Shown here: positions 41,158 to 55,852 of the stretch, piece by piece
How positions within the stretch are numbered: the stretch's first letter is position 1
Layout: the number at the start of each line of letters is the position of its first letter
Assembly: GCF_964204645.1 (NCBI RefSeq)
Contig: NC_134025.1
Location: 17,273,101 to 17,337,100, forward strand
Length of the DNA: 64,000 nucleotides
Direction: 5' to 3'
Source: Tubulanus polymorphus
Taxonomy: Eukaryota > Animalia > Nemertea
Position numbers and translations under genes: made by a program
Notes under the pieces: model-generated
The model's database searches: none
Told to the model about the DNA's origin: nothing
Seen by the model: the letters and a program-made list of their open reading frames with translations, nothing else

Positions 41158-42420
41158 GTTGTGTCGAAAGAAATGGATGGATGGACAAATACTCTTTCAG
41201 ATCGTTCTACCAAAGTCCGAGCACCCGATGGTATTACGCTTGTTGCATGGTGAGATGTCACATCCAGGTCGGGATCGTACTATGGCACTTGTAAGTAGTA
41301 GATTTTTTCTGGCCAGGGATGAAGTCGGATGTGGAGAAATACCTCAAAACGTGTTCGCGCTGTGTCTTGTTCAAAGTACACCTTCAGTTGCACCTCTAGT
41401 TCCGATAGTGACAACATATCCTATGGAAATGGTTTGCGTTGACTTTGGAAATAAAATTGGAGCCCTCGGGTGGTTACGAGGATGTGCTCGTGGTCACGGA
41501 CATTTTCACGAAGTACGCGTTAGCTTTTGCAACTCGAAGTCAGTCCGCCGTCGGTGTAGCTCGTATTTTACATGACCATTACGTGACAAAGTTCGGAATT
41601 CCTGCCGTACTGCATTCCGATCAAGGGAGAAATTTCGAGTCGAAAGTGATCGCTGAACTTTGCAAGATATTGGGAATGTCGAAGTGTCGCACTACGCCAT
41701 ATCACGCTATGGGTAACGGTCACTGTGAAAGATTTAATCAGACTCTGATCGGTCTGTTGGGTACGTTAGCTAACGAGTCGAAGACCAAGTGGCGTGAGTA
41801 TCTCCAAGCGGTTGTTTTCTCGTACAATTGCACTCCACATCGTATTACGGGTTTCGAGCCGTATTATCTTATGTTCGGCCGGAAACCTCGGTTACCAGTG
41901 GATTTGACTATGGTATTTCAGATGGAACAGATCAACCTGCAGAATATGGCACAAAGATTGGGAAGAAATTAGAGGAAGTTTGGGAAGTTGCAGCAAGAAA
42001 CATCAAGGAGGCAGGTGAGCATAGCAAATTCAGGTATGATGCGAAAGTTAAAGGAGGAGCTATCGATGTAGGGGATTTGGTTTTAGTGAAACAGGTTGGA
42101 TTCTCGAGTCGACATAAAATCGCGGATCGATGGTAGGAAGTTCCGTACACCGTAGTGCTGAAACCTGCTGGGGATGTGCCTGTATATATGGTGAAGAACG
42201 TCGAGACGGGAAAAACTCACTACATAGGAACCTGTTGTTGCCATTAGCCGAACCTCTGAGATCTTTGGAACCATTACCTCTGCCACTGGAACCGGAGTTT
42301 TGTCGAGGGGACCCGGAGATAGGTGAGATTCCAGAAGAATGTAAGACAGACAGCAGTTGTTCGGAGGATGAAGATGATGATTGCTTGATGGTGGTGAGGA
42401 AACTTGGTTTCTTTGAGGAA
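41158..42420 (+). pseudogene. pol: Gypsy integrase, continuation of pol from 27416
   Basis: LHGEMSHPGRDRT, MVCVDF, TDIFTKYA, HSDQGRNFES, NGHCERFN, YNCTPH, KIADRW. Confidence 0.9.
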
Positions 42421-42594
42421 GATTCACGCTCGAATTTATTTTTATTTTTTATGAGTTCGACCCTTCGACCTTTGTTATGAACCCCCATATTACCAATTAC
42501 TTTAATATTCATATATATGAATAACATATAAATGGATAACATTTATACATGAATCACTTCTAAAATCAATTTTAATAAAAAATTTGATATTAAA

Positions 42595-42948
42595 ATGGAG
42601 AGTAAACAAGTACACGATGAGAACAACAAATCATTTCTAGATAGAATAAAAGATATCACAAATGCTAAATCAGTAGATTATAAATTTAGGAAGTTAACAG
42701 AATTAACAATTCATAAGAAATATTTAATTACAAATATTGATACAGTTACTAACAAATATGGAGATAAATTAGTTATCCACTTAGAATATGAAGGATTCAA
42801 AGGAAATAAATATAAATTCAGAACATATTTACCAGATAGATTTCATAGATTATCAAGTGAAGATTTAGAAGAATTATGTTCTGGTGATTTCTATTTCATA
42901 TATAAAGGTAAGAATGAAAAAGGGCATCATGAAAAAGATTTCGAATAA
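42595..42948 (+). CDS. Small Polinton protein, possibly an OB-fold/ssDNA-binding type
   Basis: Intact 117-aa ORF (KLTEL..KKYLIT...NKYG.K.VI.L...YLP.RF...Y.GK). A homologous 3' remnant lies at ~45390-45467. The fold is inferred. Confidence 0.55.
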   Translation: MESKQVHDENNKSFLDRIKDITNAKSVDYKFRKLTELTIHKKYLITNIDTVTNKYGDKLVIHLEYEGFKGNKYKFRTYLPDRFHRLSSEDLEELCSGDFYFIYKGKNEKGHHEKDFE

Positions 42949-42962
42949 AATATGTAAAATAA

Positions 42963-43522
42963 ATGGTAGAATTAAAAGAATACAGAATATTTGTTGATTC
43001 TAGAAGACTTACAAATTATAAATCACATAATTTACTAGTACAATTAGATAGAGAATTTAAAAATTGTGTTGATTTAAAATTAGTAAATGTAAGTTTATGT
43101 AACTCATTTTTCAATATATCGGATAAATCTATTGAACATAGAGTCTTTTTAATTCATGATAGAAATAAAAGTAAATGGTTTCATCTTAATCTAAAACCAG
43201 GATTATATAATTTAGAAACATTAGCTCAAGAATTAATAAAAGAGCACGCTCAAAAATGGGTGCATCTGCTGGATTTGGATTAAGACTTATTAAAAGTGAT
43301 GGCTCTGATAAAGTAAGAATAAAATTAGGCAATGAAGATCAACATCAATTTCTAGTTAAAAAACCTTTAGCTAAAATTTTAGGAATAACCCCAGATGTAA
43401 GGATACGTAATGCTGATGTTACACCAAACTTAATACCCTTTACACACTTTAATATTTATTGCTATTTAATTGACCCTACAGAGACATTCGAAGCAACCAA
43501 TAAGGGTAAAAAAATATTTTAA
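42963..43522 (+). pseudogene. Minor capsid (penton-like) protein, frameshifted and truncated
   Basis: Pattern VSLCNSFFNI...PGLYN...LAKILG...FNIYC.LI. A homologous segment lies on the - strand at ~63840-64000. Confidence 0.65.
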
Positions 43523-43649
43523 AGCGTAAGGTGTCAGCGAACTCTAACTCTTTTTCAATTTTCAACTTATTTTAATAAAAATTTGATATATAAATGTGCT
43601 CAAGATTAATTAAAGTTCCCGCGAAAGAAATGAAAAAAAAATACATAAA

Positions 43650-44458
43650 TTCAATATTATATTATTTAACTGTGAATGTTAATTTAGCTGATATTTCAGG
43701 AGTAAATATAAATAAGTATTATAAATCAGACTAAAATGAATTGATTGAAACGTCAGATATATTTTGCGATAATATAATGCTGTATAAAATCATGAAAACC
43801 AGCCTTTACTGTATCATATTCTAACCATATATTTGATAATTTATAACTCATATCTTTAATTACACTAGATAGTACAATTTCATTTACAGGTGTAAAAGTT
43901 ATTTCAAACATAATGATTTCTTGTATTGCATATTTGTACAAAGGAGAATTATTATTCATTAATTCACAATATGATGGAATTTTATATCTACTATCATAGG
44001 TCATTTTAATTAAATTATCTGCGGTATTATCTTCTATTGCGTTATTAGCTTTTGAACTCAATTTATTTTGGTTTTCTGTTTGAATTCCTTTAGATATCAT
44101 ACTATTTCTATTCTCTTTTGTTAACTATAAATCTTTATAATGTGCAATTAAATCATAATCATCAAATGTAAAAACAGTTTCTGGTCCAATATTAATAGTT
44201 AATTTTTGTATCAAATATCTACCAACATTATCTACAACATAATTATTATCATTACCAGATACTTCTATATCAGCTGATAAATATATTAAATTAGGTACAT
44301 AAAAAGTATTTTGTGTTAATCTCGGAATTCTAACATATAAAGTTTCATTTGGATTAATATTACTCAGGTTATGAGTAATTATGTGATGAGATCTTTCTGC
44401 TTTAATTGCATTAGAATATTCTAGAATTCTTAGAAGGATTTATATAACTTCCACTCAT
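43650..44458 (-). pseudogene. Major capsid protein, copy C (partial)
   Basis: Clear homolog of 48252-49650 (AERSHHIITHN..NINPNETLYVRIPRL; FEITF.PVNEIVLS..Y.LSNI.LEYD). Confidence 0.78.
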
Positions 44459-45932
44459 TTATCTAAAAAAATATTACTTATTTATTTTTTTATCATATTA
44501 ACTAATCCAAAAACAATAGCACTAACATCTGTAATTAAAAATAAAATGATATGTTCAGCAGCAAAACTAATGAGATTTCCAGGAGATTTTAAAATAAAAC
44601 TAACAATTGATGCTATAACTCCAGGTAAAGCTGCAGCAGATTTTTTTAGATAATTCCCATAAATATTTTGCTAATTTTTTTCAAACCACCTTTAACTTTA
44701 TCTTCTATAGATTTATTATTCGGACGTTTATCAGGTGGTTTAGGATTTGGTGTAGATTTTAAAGCATTTGATACAGATAATCCTATTTTTGTAAATACCA
44801 TAGTTACAGCTGTTAGAATTGAAAGAATTGTTGAAAGAATACCTTCAAATTTGAATAATAATTCTATTCTATCTTTCAATGATATTTTAGAATTTGGTTT
44901 TATTAAATCTTTAACAATAACTTTTAATCCATTAATACAACAATCATATGATTTCAATAATAATTTCATTTCTTCTCTCTGAAATACAATATTATATTTT
45001 AAATAATCAATTTCTTTTTCTAAATATGCATTTTTTTAAAATTCAATTCCTTCAACAACTTTAAATCATCTATCTAATTCTAATTGTTCTAATTCTTTTC
45101 TGGTATTAAATAATTTATTTTCTAAAGGTTTAATTTTATGATATCTAATCATTTTTTCGTGCGCAATTTTTTCAGCTTCATTTCATATACTTATTATTTC
45201 TCTAATTGCTTTTCCAGAAAACATACTTAAAGAGCACATGCCATCATGCATGACCGTTTTTTAAAACCACATTAGTAATTGAGAAATGTGGGTTTCATAC
45301 CAGAGGGCGAAGTTACTGTAATGTTAGTACAACGCGAGAATTTAAAGTATTTTACATGATAAATGGGTTTCATTGTGTACAGAGGAATTAAAAGATTTAG
45401 AAGGATTTAAAATAATCTATCATGGAAAAAATGAAGGTGGTCATCATGATTTAGAAATTGTTTACTAAATAAAAAAACGAAATAATTAAAAAAATAAATT
45501 AATAAAATTAAAAAAAATAAAAATAATGAATATCTAGAATCCGAAATGACTTATCTGGACAGTTTAATTGCTCCGCATAGATGGACAAAAGAAGTGAGAT
45601 ATTCAATTAATTAAAAATAAAATTATTTTTTTGCTTTTTTTTCTGAAATATTAATCCATTTTTTTTATAGTGAACTTTGGAATTTCAACAGTAGTAGTTT
45701 CAGATTTATAAGTATCATAAATTTTATTTGATTTTTTATACCAACTACATCCAATCAAAATGAATACAATTACAAATCCAGTTGTAAAATATATATATTT
45801 ATCATATATTCTATTATTAGAAGGAGTAGAAATAACAATATTTTCACCATTTTTATTAACATCTTTATCATTTATTTTATCTTTTTTAGCTTTTTATATT
45901 CTAGTGTTTTAATTCCTAATTGCCGAGACCAT

Positions 45933-46537
45933 TCAATTTGTTTCTGTGATCTCGGTTTTTTCTTCACAGTTAATCCTTTCACCTCTTCCACCTCGCTCAT
46001 TTATTGTAGAACAATTTTTACTTTCAATATTTGAAAATGTTATAACTCCAGTTGATAATAATGTCATAAATCCACCTAATTGAAATGATAAATATCCAAA
46101 CCATTTATTTAATTCAGTCATAACTAAATAATCATTTTTTAAATCGGAATATAATATATTTTCATCTTGAATTGGTAGCATATAATTACATAATTTACTA
46201 TAACCCTTACTGCATTTTCTGATATCGCATCATTAATTCTAGCTATTCTCGCAGTTTCAAAAATCTTAAGTAATTTAATCATTTCGTCTGATTATATTGT
46301 ATCTAATTCATTATAAGTAACATTTTTACTAATAAAACTTTTACATTTCCTAGATGCAATAAATATTTCTAAGTGATGTTTGCATTAAAGATAATATTCA
46401 TAATTATTATTCGTCGTAATATCATTTAAAGCACCATTATCTTGTGTTAGTTTTGTTTCTGTTATACCCAAATCATTCAAAGTTTTTTCAATTGGAACAT
46501 CACTATTTTTAGATTTTATTTTCTTTTCACCTACCAT
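45933..46537 (-). pseudogene. Small Polinton hypothetical protein(s)
   Basis: ATAAATG start at 46537. Broken ORF ending in LKNDYLVMTELNKWFGYLSFQLGGFMTLLSTGVITF. Confidence 0.45.
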
Positions 46538-46571
46538 TTATATAACAAAAATTATAATTTGTGTTGTTGCA

Positions 46572-46850
46572 ACTAGAATTCAACTAGAATGTAACTAAAA
46601 ATAAACTAAATTAACAAGCTAGTTGAAATATTGTTTTAATTTATTTCTTGTTGAATTTTATTTGATTTTTGTTTCAACTACCATTAACTATAATGTAACT
46701 AAAAATATACTAGATTAACAAGCTAGTTGAAATATTATTGTTTTTATTTATTTCTTGTTGAATTTTATTTGATTTTTGTTTCAACTACCAATGACTAAAA
46801 TGTAACTAGAATGTAACTAAAAATATACTAGATTAACAAGCTAGTTGAAT
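46572..46850. repeat. ~105-118 bp tandem repeat (~2.5 copies) with AACTAG/CTAGTT subrepeats
   Basis: TTAACAAGCTAGTTGAA occurs at 46611, 46715 and 46833. Confidence 0.8.
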
Positions 46851-47335
46851 TTAAATAAATTCATATTTAAATGGGTGTTGTAATCGAAATAGTAATTTCA
46901 ATTTATCCATATATTCATTTTGTAAATCATGTGGAATAATATCATTTTCCTCAAGTGCATTTTTCATCGATTTTCTATCTTTATTGTAGAATAATACTAA
47001 AAATCTATTGTTTTCTCTTAAATCTTTATCAATTGAATTATATTTTTGATTTAAAACCCACGTTGCTATCCCAAAATGTCTCCCAGAAAAAGCTAAATAA
47101 CATAATTCACTTTCTTGTATTTTTGAATCATGTAAATTAGCACAATCATCGATAATAAATAATGTATTTGTTCCTCTATAAATATCAATTGCTATTTTAA
47201 TACAATTATCTAAATTTGTTTTAATCTGTGTAAGGGTCTAATAGAATAAATTTATTATTTCCAGTAATATATCTATCATAAGTTTGATTAAATCTATACG
47301 TTGGGCAAAATAATACTATATTATCAAAATCGATG
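46851..47335 (-). pseudogene. A32/FtsK-like packaging ATPase, 5' end (Walker A) deleted
   Basis: Manual translation gives FDNIVLFCPTY..NQTY and a Walker B motif (TLFIIDDCA). Confidence 0.75.
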
Positions 47336-47339
47336 GTTT

Positions 47340-48226
47340 TGTTGTTATTACCTTTTTAGTTTTATATATTTCTCTAGTAAAATTACGATCGTATCCTTTG
47401 TCAAATATCTTTTTATACTAAGAAATTCTGACATTTAAATTTAGGTTCACCAAAATCATCAGCTACATCTACAAGAAATGCTCCGTATAAATTATTCCAA
47501 AAAATTTCAGCATTTTCAGGTTTTCTAGCATCAATAGGTTTCATTCCAATAGAGGAATGATAAGAATTATTATATCCTTCAATTAGTTTTGGTAAAATAT
47601 CAATCCATTTAAAAGTATTATTTGCTGTAAAATATTTACACATTCTTGTTCTTAATGTTCTATTAAATCGTTCAACAACTGCTTTTTTATCCGATTTTGT
47701 TGAAAAATATTTAATATTATGATAATCTAAGAGTTCATGAACAGATCAATTACCAAATTCTTTTCCATCATCAAATTGTATTTTTTCTGGCTTTAGTTTA
47801 CCACCTGAAAGAAATTTTCTTAAAACATTTGAAGTTTGTACAGCATCTTTTCTGAATAGTGGAAAACTCCAAACATAACGACTAAAAATATCAATTATAT
47901 TTAATATCCACCAATAATCAATTTTTTAAGATTTTTCATATCAATTAAATCTCCTTGCCACTGTTGATCTACATAACTTACCATAGTTTTACGAGTTTTA
48001 TATTCTTAACAATGTTTTAATGTGTTGTATATGTTGGTTGTTCTAACATAAAATGATTTATATCTTTATATTTAACTGAATGTCGTGGGATTATCTTATC
48101 TAATTTATCTTGTTTTACTTGGCGCCATATGTTTTTGGTAGAAGAATAAGCAACCGAACACTCAGGGTTATAATATAAATTTCTTAAATATTGTTCTTTA
48201 GTATTACGAGTTTTTTTATTCCCCAT
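47340..48226 (-). pseudogene. int: Polinton retroviral-like (rve) integrase
   Basis: LYYNP, QQWQGDLIDM, IIDIFSRYVW, QFDDGKEF, KAVVERFNRTL, WIDILPKLI..YN.SYHSSIGMKP, FDKGY..NFTREIY. Confidence 0.92.
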
Positions 48227-48251
48227 TTATATATCGTTAATTTTAACTTTC

Positions 48252-49650
<1,399 letters not shown>

Positions 49651-49821
49651 TTATTAAGAAATGAAATTTTCTTATTTATTTTTAATCATATTCACTATAA
49701 TCCAAAAATAATTGCACTTACAACTGTAATCAAAAACAAAATTATATGTTCAGCAGCAAAACTAATAATGTTTCCAGCAGATTTTAAAACAAAACTAACA
49801 ATTGATGCAATAATTCCGGTT

Positions 49822-52800
49822 ATGGCCAAAAAGGACAGAATTTCAGTCCCGGATGATTTACCGATAACACCAGTCTAATAATGCCACCTATTAACGAGTA
49901 TTATCTACCCTATACTTATTCATCATCGACATCTTCAGTAATAACAAATGTCAATACTTTGATGTAAACTCTACTGTAGAGTATGAAAAGCAACATTCTT
50001 CAATCTGTCTTTTAAACATTCGTAGTTGTAACAGAAATTTTGATACATTTTCATATTTTTTGAGCAATTTAAAAAATGACTTTTCTATTTTCGGGTTAAC
50101 TGAAACCTGGACTAGCGAACTTCATGATAATGGCAGGCTGTACAATCTCCCAGGTATGAAAAGTGTTTTTAAGTGTAGAAAAAATTGTCAGGGAGGAGGT
50201 TTGGCCCTATTTTTCAAAGAAAGTTTTAATGTAAAACTTAGACCAGATCTATCCGAGAATAGAAATACTTTTGAATGTCTATTTATTGAATTGATTCTTG
50301 AAAAAGAAAAAAATAAATTAATTGGTCTGATCTATCGACCACCCGGACTAAGCATAAATGGCTTTAATAATGAATTAATTCCACTTTTAGTGAAACTTAA
50401 TAGAGAAGACAAAGTATGCTATCTTATGGGCGATTTCAATATCGATTTACTACAAGTTAACGTCCACAGACCAACTGATAACTATCTAGAAAATATGACT
50501 TCATTTGGGTTCATTCCATTAGTTGATAAACCTACAAGAATTAACCCACATCCTCGACGCTTATAGATAATATTTTTTGTAACGATATTCGCCATGTGTT
50601 TAGTACGGGTATTATTTGTACCGATATTTCGGATCATTTTCCTATTTTTACTGTCTGTAATCACGTTGAGTCCAAAATTGACCAAGAGAAACTATTGTGA
50701 ACGTAACATTTCGAATTCAATAGAGCTCTTCTGGCCAATGATTGGTCGGATATCTATAGTAATGCAGACCCGCAACTCGCATACAGCGCATTTAACACTA
50801 AATTCATGGAATTATATAATGAATGTTTTCCTTGTTCAACTCCCCGTAAAGTAAACGAAAATAAATTACATAAACCGTGGTTATCATCTGGATTATTGAA
50901 ATTTATTAAACACTAAAATCCCTTGTACAGAAAATCTTTGCGTAATAGAAAACATTTGAAAAATTATTTGAATTACAAACGTACCTTGTCTCGTACACTC
51001 AAATATTCCGAGAAAAAGTATTATGAGACAAAATAACTTGCAGCCAAATCCGATATGAAAAAAACATGGAATATCTTAAACAGTCTAATTGGAAAATCTT
51101 CCAATGATCGGAGTAGATTACCTTGCTCTTTCAAAAGAAACGGTATCATTGTAAACGGCTATGAAAATATCGCTAATGAGTTTAATTCTTTCTTTGTAAA
51201 TATTGGTAGCAACCTAGCCAATCAAATACCAGATACAGGTGTCCACTTCAGTGAATATCTGTCAGATCCAGTAAATGAAAACTTTTTCTTTTTCCCGACC
51301 CACCCAGATGAAATCAGTCAGATTGTAAATGATTTCTCACCCAGCAAAGGCGCTGGTGCTGATGGTTTCTCTGTAAAAGTAGTTAAGAAAATAATTGATT
51401 CTGTAAAATACCCGCTAAATCATATATTTAACTGTAGTTTAAATTCCGGTATAGTGCCGGCTGAACTGAAGGTAGTGCGAATACGTCCACTCTATAAAGC
51501 TGGCAATAATGACTCTTTTGATAATTACAGACCGATATCCGTACTGCCTTGCTTTTCTAAAATTCTCGAAAAGATAGTGTATAATCGATTAACCGAATAT
51601 TGTAACAAGTTTCATATCATTCAACCAAACCAGTTCGGCTTTCGAAAGAACCATTCAACTGCCATGGCCTTAACATTGATAACTGACGAAATTTAAAATT
51701 AAGAAGAAAACAAATCAACTATTGGGGTATTCTTAGATTTATCAAAAGCCTTTGACACTGTTGATCACGAAATCTTATTAAGAAAATTATGTTTTTTTGG
51801 AATAAGAGGCATCTCTAACAACTGGTTTGAAAACTATTTGAAGAATAGAAAACAATTTGTTCAAATTCAAAATTATAAATCCTCGTTATGTACCGTTAAA
51901 ACTGGAGTACCCCAAGGCTCAATTCTAGGTCCCTTGCTTTTTTTATTATATGTAAACGACTTTATTAAATTTTCTAAGGTTTTAAAACTTATATTGTTTG
52001 CCGATGACACAAATGCCTTTTATAGTGACATTAACTTAGACAGATTGGTACGTACAGTAAACATTGAATTATCAAAATTGTATACCTGGTTTCAAACAAA
52101 CAAGCAGTCATTAAATGTAAAGGAGACGTCATTTATGGTGTTCGGTAAACTATTGAAACATAACTTGAGAATATCAATTAACAACATAGAGATCAAAGAA
52201 GTCAATGTCACAAATTTTTTTTGAGTTTTTATTGACAGAAATCTAACCTGGGACGATCAAATAAAATCAGTTGAAAAAAAAGTTTCTCCAAGCATTGGTA
52301 TAATAAATAGAGTAAGATATAAGCTGCATGTGAGTTCTCTTCGTACCCTTTATTTGTCGCTTATTGATCCTTACCTCCAGTATTGTAACTTAGTTTGGGG
52401 ACGAAATTTCGAAAATAAACATCAGCCATTAATTGTATTGCAAAAAAGAGCTATCAGGCTAATTTCTAATTCCTATTATTTCGCGCACACTGACCCTATA
52501 TTCAAATCGTTTAATATCCTCAAGCTCAAAGATATTAATAAACTTCAGCTAGGTACTTTTATCTACAGATCTGTCCACTCCGAATTACCGAAATCATTCG
52601 AAAATTATTGGAGCCGAAATTTTCAAATCCACAGTCACAATACTCGGCGACGTCAGGATTTACAAACACTTTCTTTCAGTAGTCAAAGAAGAAAATTTTC
52701 AGTAAAAGTATCCGGCCCTTTACTTTGGAATAACATCAGTGAAAATCTAAAAAACATGGAAAATTCTAAACTGTTCCTAAGAAATTATAGAAAGCTACTT

Positions 52801-53142
52801 TGTGCTTGATTTTATCATAGAGTTATTCGAAATAAAATTATTGTTTTTGAAATATTACAGAAAACTACTGGCTTATTAAATGATTATATCTTAATCAAGC
52901 TGTTATCATAGTTTACTTTGATTGCATTTTGTGTGTTAAGGGTTGACTGTGAGCATATTATTTTCTTTATTGCATTTCTCTTTTTTTCTTTTCTCTTTTG
53001 AGGGACCTGTTTTATACAAACTATTCCTTAGTTTCTACAGGCCCCTCCAGGTCTAATTTACTGTATTTTTGTATTATGCTTTGTACACTATGCTGTAAAT
53101 TATATTTGAAAAATAAAGTGTTCAAATCAAATCAAATCAAAT
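49822..53142 (+). mobile_element. CR1/L2-type LINE, 5' truncated (ORF2 APE-RT, 3' UTR, (CAAAT)n tail)
   Basis: LNIRS, GLTETW, GGGLA, IYRPP, GDFN, YRPISVLP, QFGFR, GVPQGSILGPLLFLLYVND, LFADDT, LQKRAIR. AATAAA is followed by four CAAAT units at 53123-53142. Confidence 0.93.
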
Positions 53143-54205
53143 GCTGCAGTAGATCTTTTAGATAATTCCCATAAATATTTTGCTAATTTCTTTAAACCAT
53201 TTTAACTTCATCCTGTATAGAATTATTATGACTTGGAGGTTTATCCAGTTTATTAAGACTTGGTGAAGATTTTAATGAATTTGAAATAGCTAAACCTATT
53301 GTTGTAAATATCATAGTTACAGCTGTTAGAATTGAAAGAACTGTTATACCTTCTAACTTAAATAATAATTTTCTTCTATCTTTCAATGATATTTCAGAAT
53401 TTGGTTTTATTAACAAATCTTTAAAAATAACTTTCAATCTATTAATATTATAATCATATGATTTTAATAATAATTTAATTTCTTCTTTCTGTAATTCTAA
53501 ATTATATTTTAAATCATCAATTTCTTTTTCTTAAGTTTTCTTAATTACTTAATCAACTTAATTCTTTTTGTCTTTATTCCATTTCATCAATTACTTGATG
53601 ATCTAAATCTGATTTTGATTGCTTTAATTCTTCATTTGCTTTAGATAATTCTTTTTCTATTAATTTCAAAATCTCTTATACTTTTATCGTGTGCAATTTT
53701 ATCAGCTGCTTTATCAGAAAATATATTTAAATCTTCTAATTCTTGATATACTGCGTCAAAAGTCCATTTTGTAAAAGTTTTTCAGTTTGAACTCTTCTTG
53801 AATTAATTTTAATGGTTTTTGAATTAATAACTTCTTTAGGAATTGTTTGTGGTTCTAAATTTTCATTATCTTCAAAAAATCATCATTTCTTCGATTAAAT
53901 TCTCTTTTATTTAGAGTTATCTCTTGTTCTGTAACATCAGTTATAACATCAAAATTGATTTTCTTAATTCTAGATTGTTCTAATTCAATTAAAGTTCGTT
54001 TTGATATTATTTCATTAAGACTTTTACGAGAAGATATCTTAAAATAATAGTCATCTTTCAAATGCCAATAATAATCACCAATTAGATATTCCAAATCTTT
54101 TACTAAATAATTCACACCTTTATTAGTTATCTTGAATCCAGATTTTTTAAATATTGGTTTAAATTTTTCAATTAATTCATCATATTCTAATTCTTTTTGG
54201 TTTAC

Positions 54206-55721
54206 CTATGTTATGGCTGTTGATTGGCAGTCTGCCAAGAGTATGTTAAATCGCGGCACAAAATGTATTGATAATACTTACGGCGTTGTCTTTTATGGTG
54301 AAGCAAGTAGAATTGATGCGCTGAGGTCAGGCCGGTAAGCTTCGAACGGCTGATGCAATATTTTTCGAGAAAAACGCGATAAACATCGAAAATTCTTCGC
54401 TTTCTACAAGTTACTTGTGTTGACCTATATTTGTGTTTCCGACGTGAATACGGGAAATCCTCAGAATTTCCGGGAATTTCGGCACATCTGACGTAATTTT
54501 GGGAGTCACAAAATGGTGAGCAATTCATTTGACATTCGTGCCGTGCTTAGTTCGCTTAGAGTTTGTTCGTTTGTGAGGATTATAATGGAGTCGGCTATCT
54601 AATTTAGCGTCTCGAACTTAGTAAGTGTGGCAATTTCTATAGTCCTAGCTTGGCTTTGACTACAAAATACATTCCTTCTTTGAAAAAGTAATAGACGATG
54701 GCGCCAGCCCGAGCCGGCGGTGATAACAACGTTTTTGGAGAAAGGCCAGTCGACAAATGTTTGGCATCGTTGAGTTGAAATGAGAGTTAACTAGTCCACA
54801 CAGTTGTGTGCGCTTTTTCATTTGCAATTGCCATAGGCTAATTAGTGTGTTTGACGATGTTTTTGCGGTATAATGGCATTCTTCGCGTAACAGCGCATAC
54901 ACGTTAAAATCCGCGCACTACGTAAATCAGCTGATCCATATATCTAACATACGTACATAGAAAGTGTATGTACGCTCTGTATTCACGTGCATACACTCGC
55001 GCTGCACTTCTTCGCTCTCCTAGCGCGTATTATAAATACTGTCATACGCTGTCTGTTCCTAAGAAAGAGTGGGAAATTTTCCGTTTTAAAAAACGGTTAA
55101 TTGCCAATTAAGTTTTGATATTTTCTGTTTTTTAACCTGCATTTTGATCTATTTTCAGGAATATTCAGTTCAGAATGTTTGAGCTTGAGATTTTTCAGAG
55201 ACCTCAAGATTGTAGGGGACTCCCGCATGATAAAATATTCAACGTTTATTTGTTCTAAAAATATATTAAGTGGCAATTTCAAAAAGTCTATAAATTATGG
55301 TATGTCACTTTCTGATGAGTATTTGTGCTGCCTCATCATCTATTCCTATCTGCATTCAAGATGCTGTTTGAAACTCCTGGAATGATTGGATAGAGCATTG
55401 AACAAAATCTAAACCTAAAGGAAAATATTGCCACATTCATCAGGAATAAAATGAGCTGTCAGGCTTAAGATGAGAATTTTGGAACTGTTTAATTGGCTTC
55501 CTGGATTTTTATGCTAAATACAAAGAATTGCTACACACAGCCAATATCAAAGTTTGTGTCATGCTTCCTAGAGCCCTTAGTTTTCTGGTCATATTAAAAC
55601 CAAAACTAACAGCCACGCAAGTGAAAATCAAAATGAATACATGTATAATTGTACGTTCTTTTAGATAGTAGAAAGGTAAACCATTTAGCTTGTGGCAAAT
55701 TATTTTGTTATTTCTGTTACT
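54206..55721. mobile_element. Unclassified GC-richer non-coding insertion
   Basis: Abrupt composition change interrupting the Polinton gene. No paired termini or credible ORF found. Confidence 0.5.
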
Positions 55722-55852
55722 CTGTTTCATTATCGTTACTAAAACTTGTATCACTAAAATCAGGTTGTTGTTCATCGGTTATACCAAGTTCATCGAAAGT
55801 ACCCATTTCATAATCTTCTCCACCTTCTACATCCATTTATATAATAAAAAAA

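Larger units (their letters stand above)
22240..42420 (+). mobile_element. Ty3/gypsy LTR retrotransposon with PNMA-like gag, split by a 13.7-kb nested insertion; 3' LTR missing
   Basis: gag at ~23570-24831, pol at 24848-27416 and 41158-42420. The junction restores EGVLCRKKW. 5' LTR limits are approximate. Confidence 0.88.
49680..55836 (-). pseudogene. Coiled-coil/hydrophobic Polinton gene, copy B, split by a LINE and a 1.5-kb insertion
   Basis: Pieces: 55836-55722 (MDVEGGEDYEMG..DTSFSNDNET), ~54205-53143 and ~49820-49680. Confidence 0.75.
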
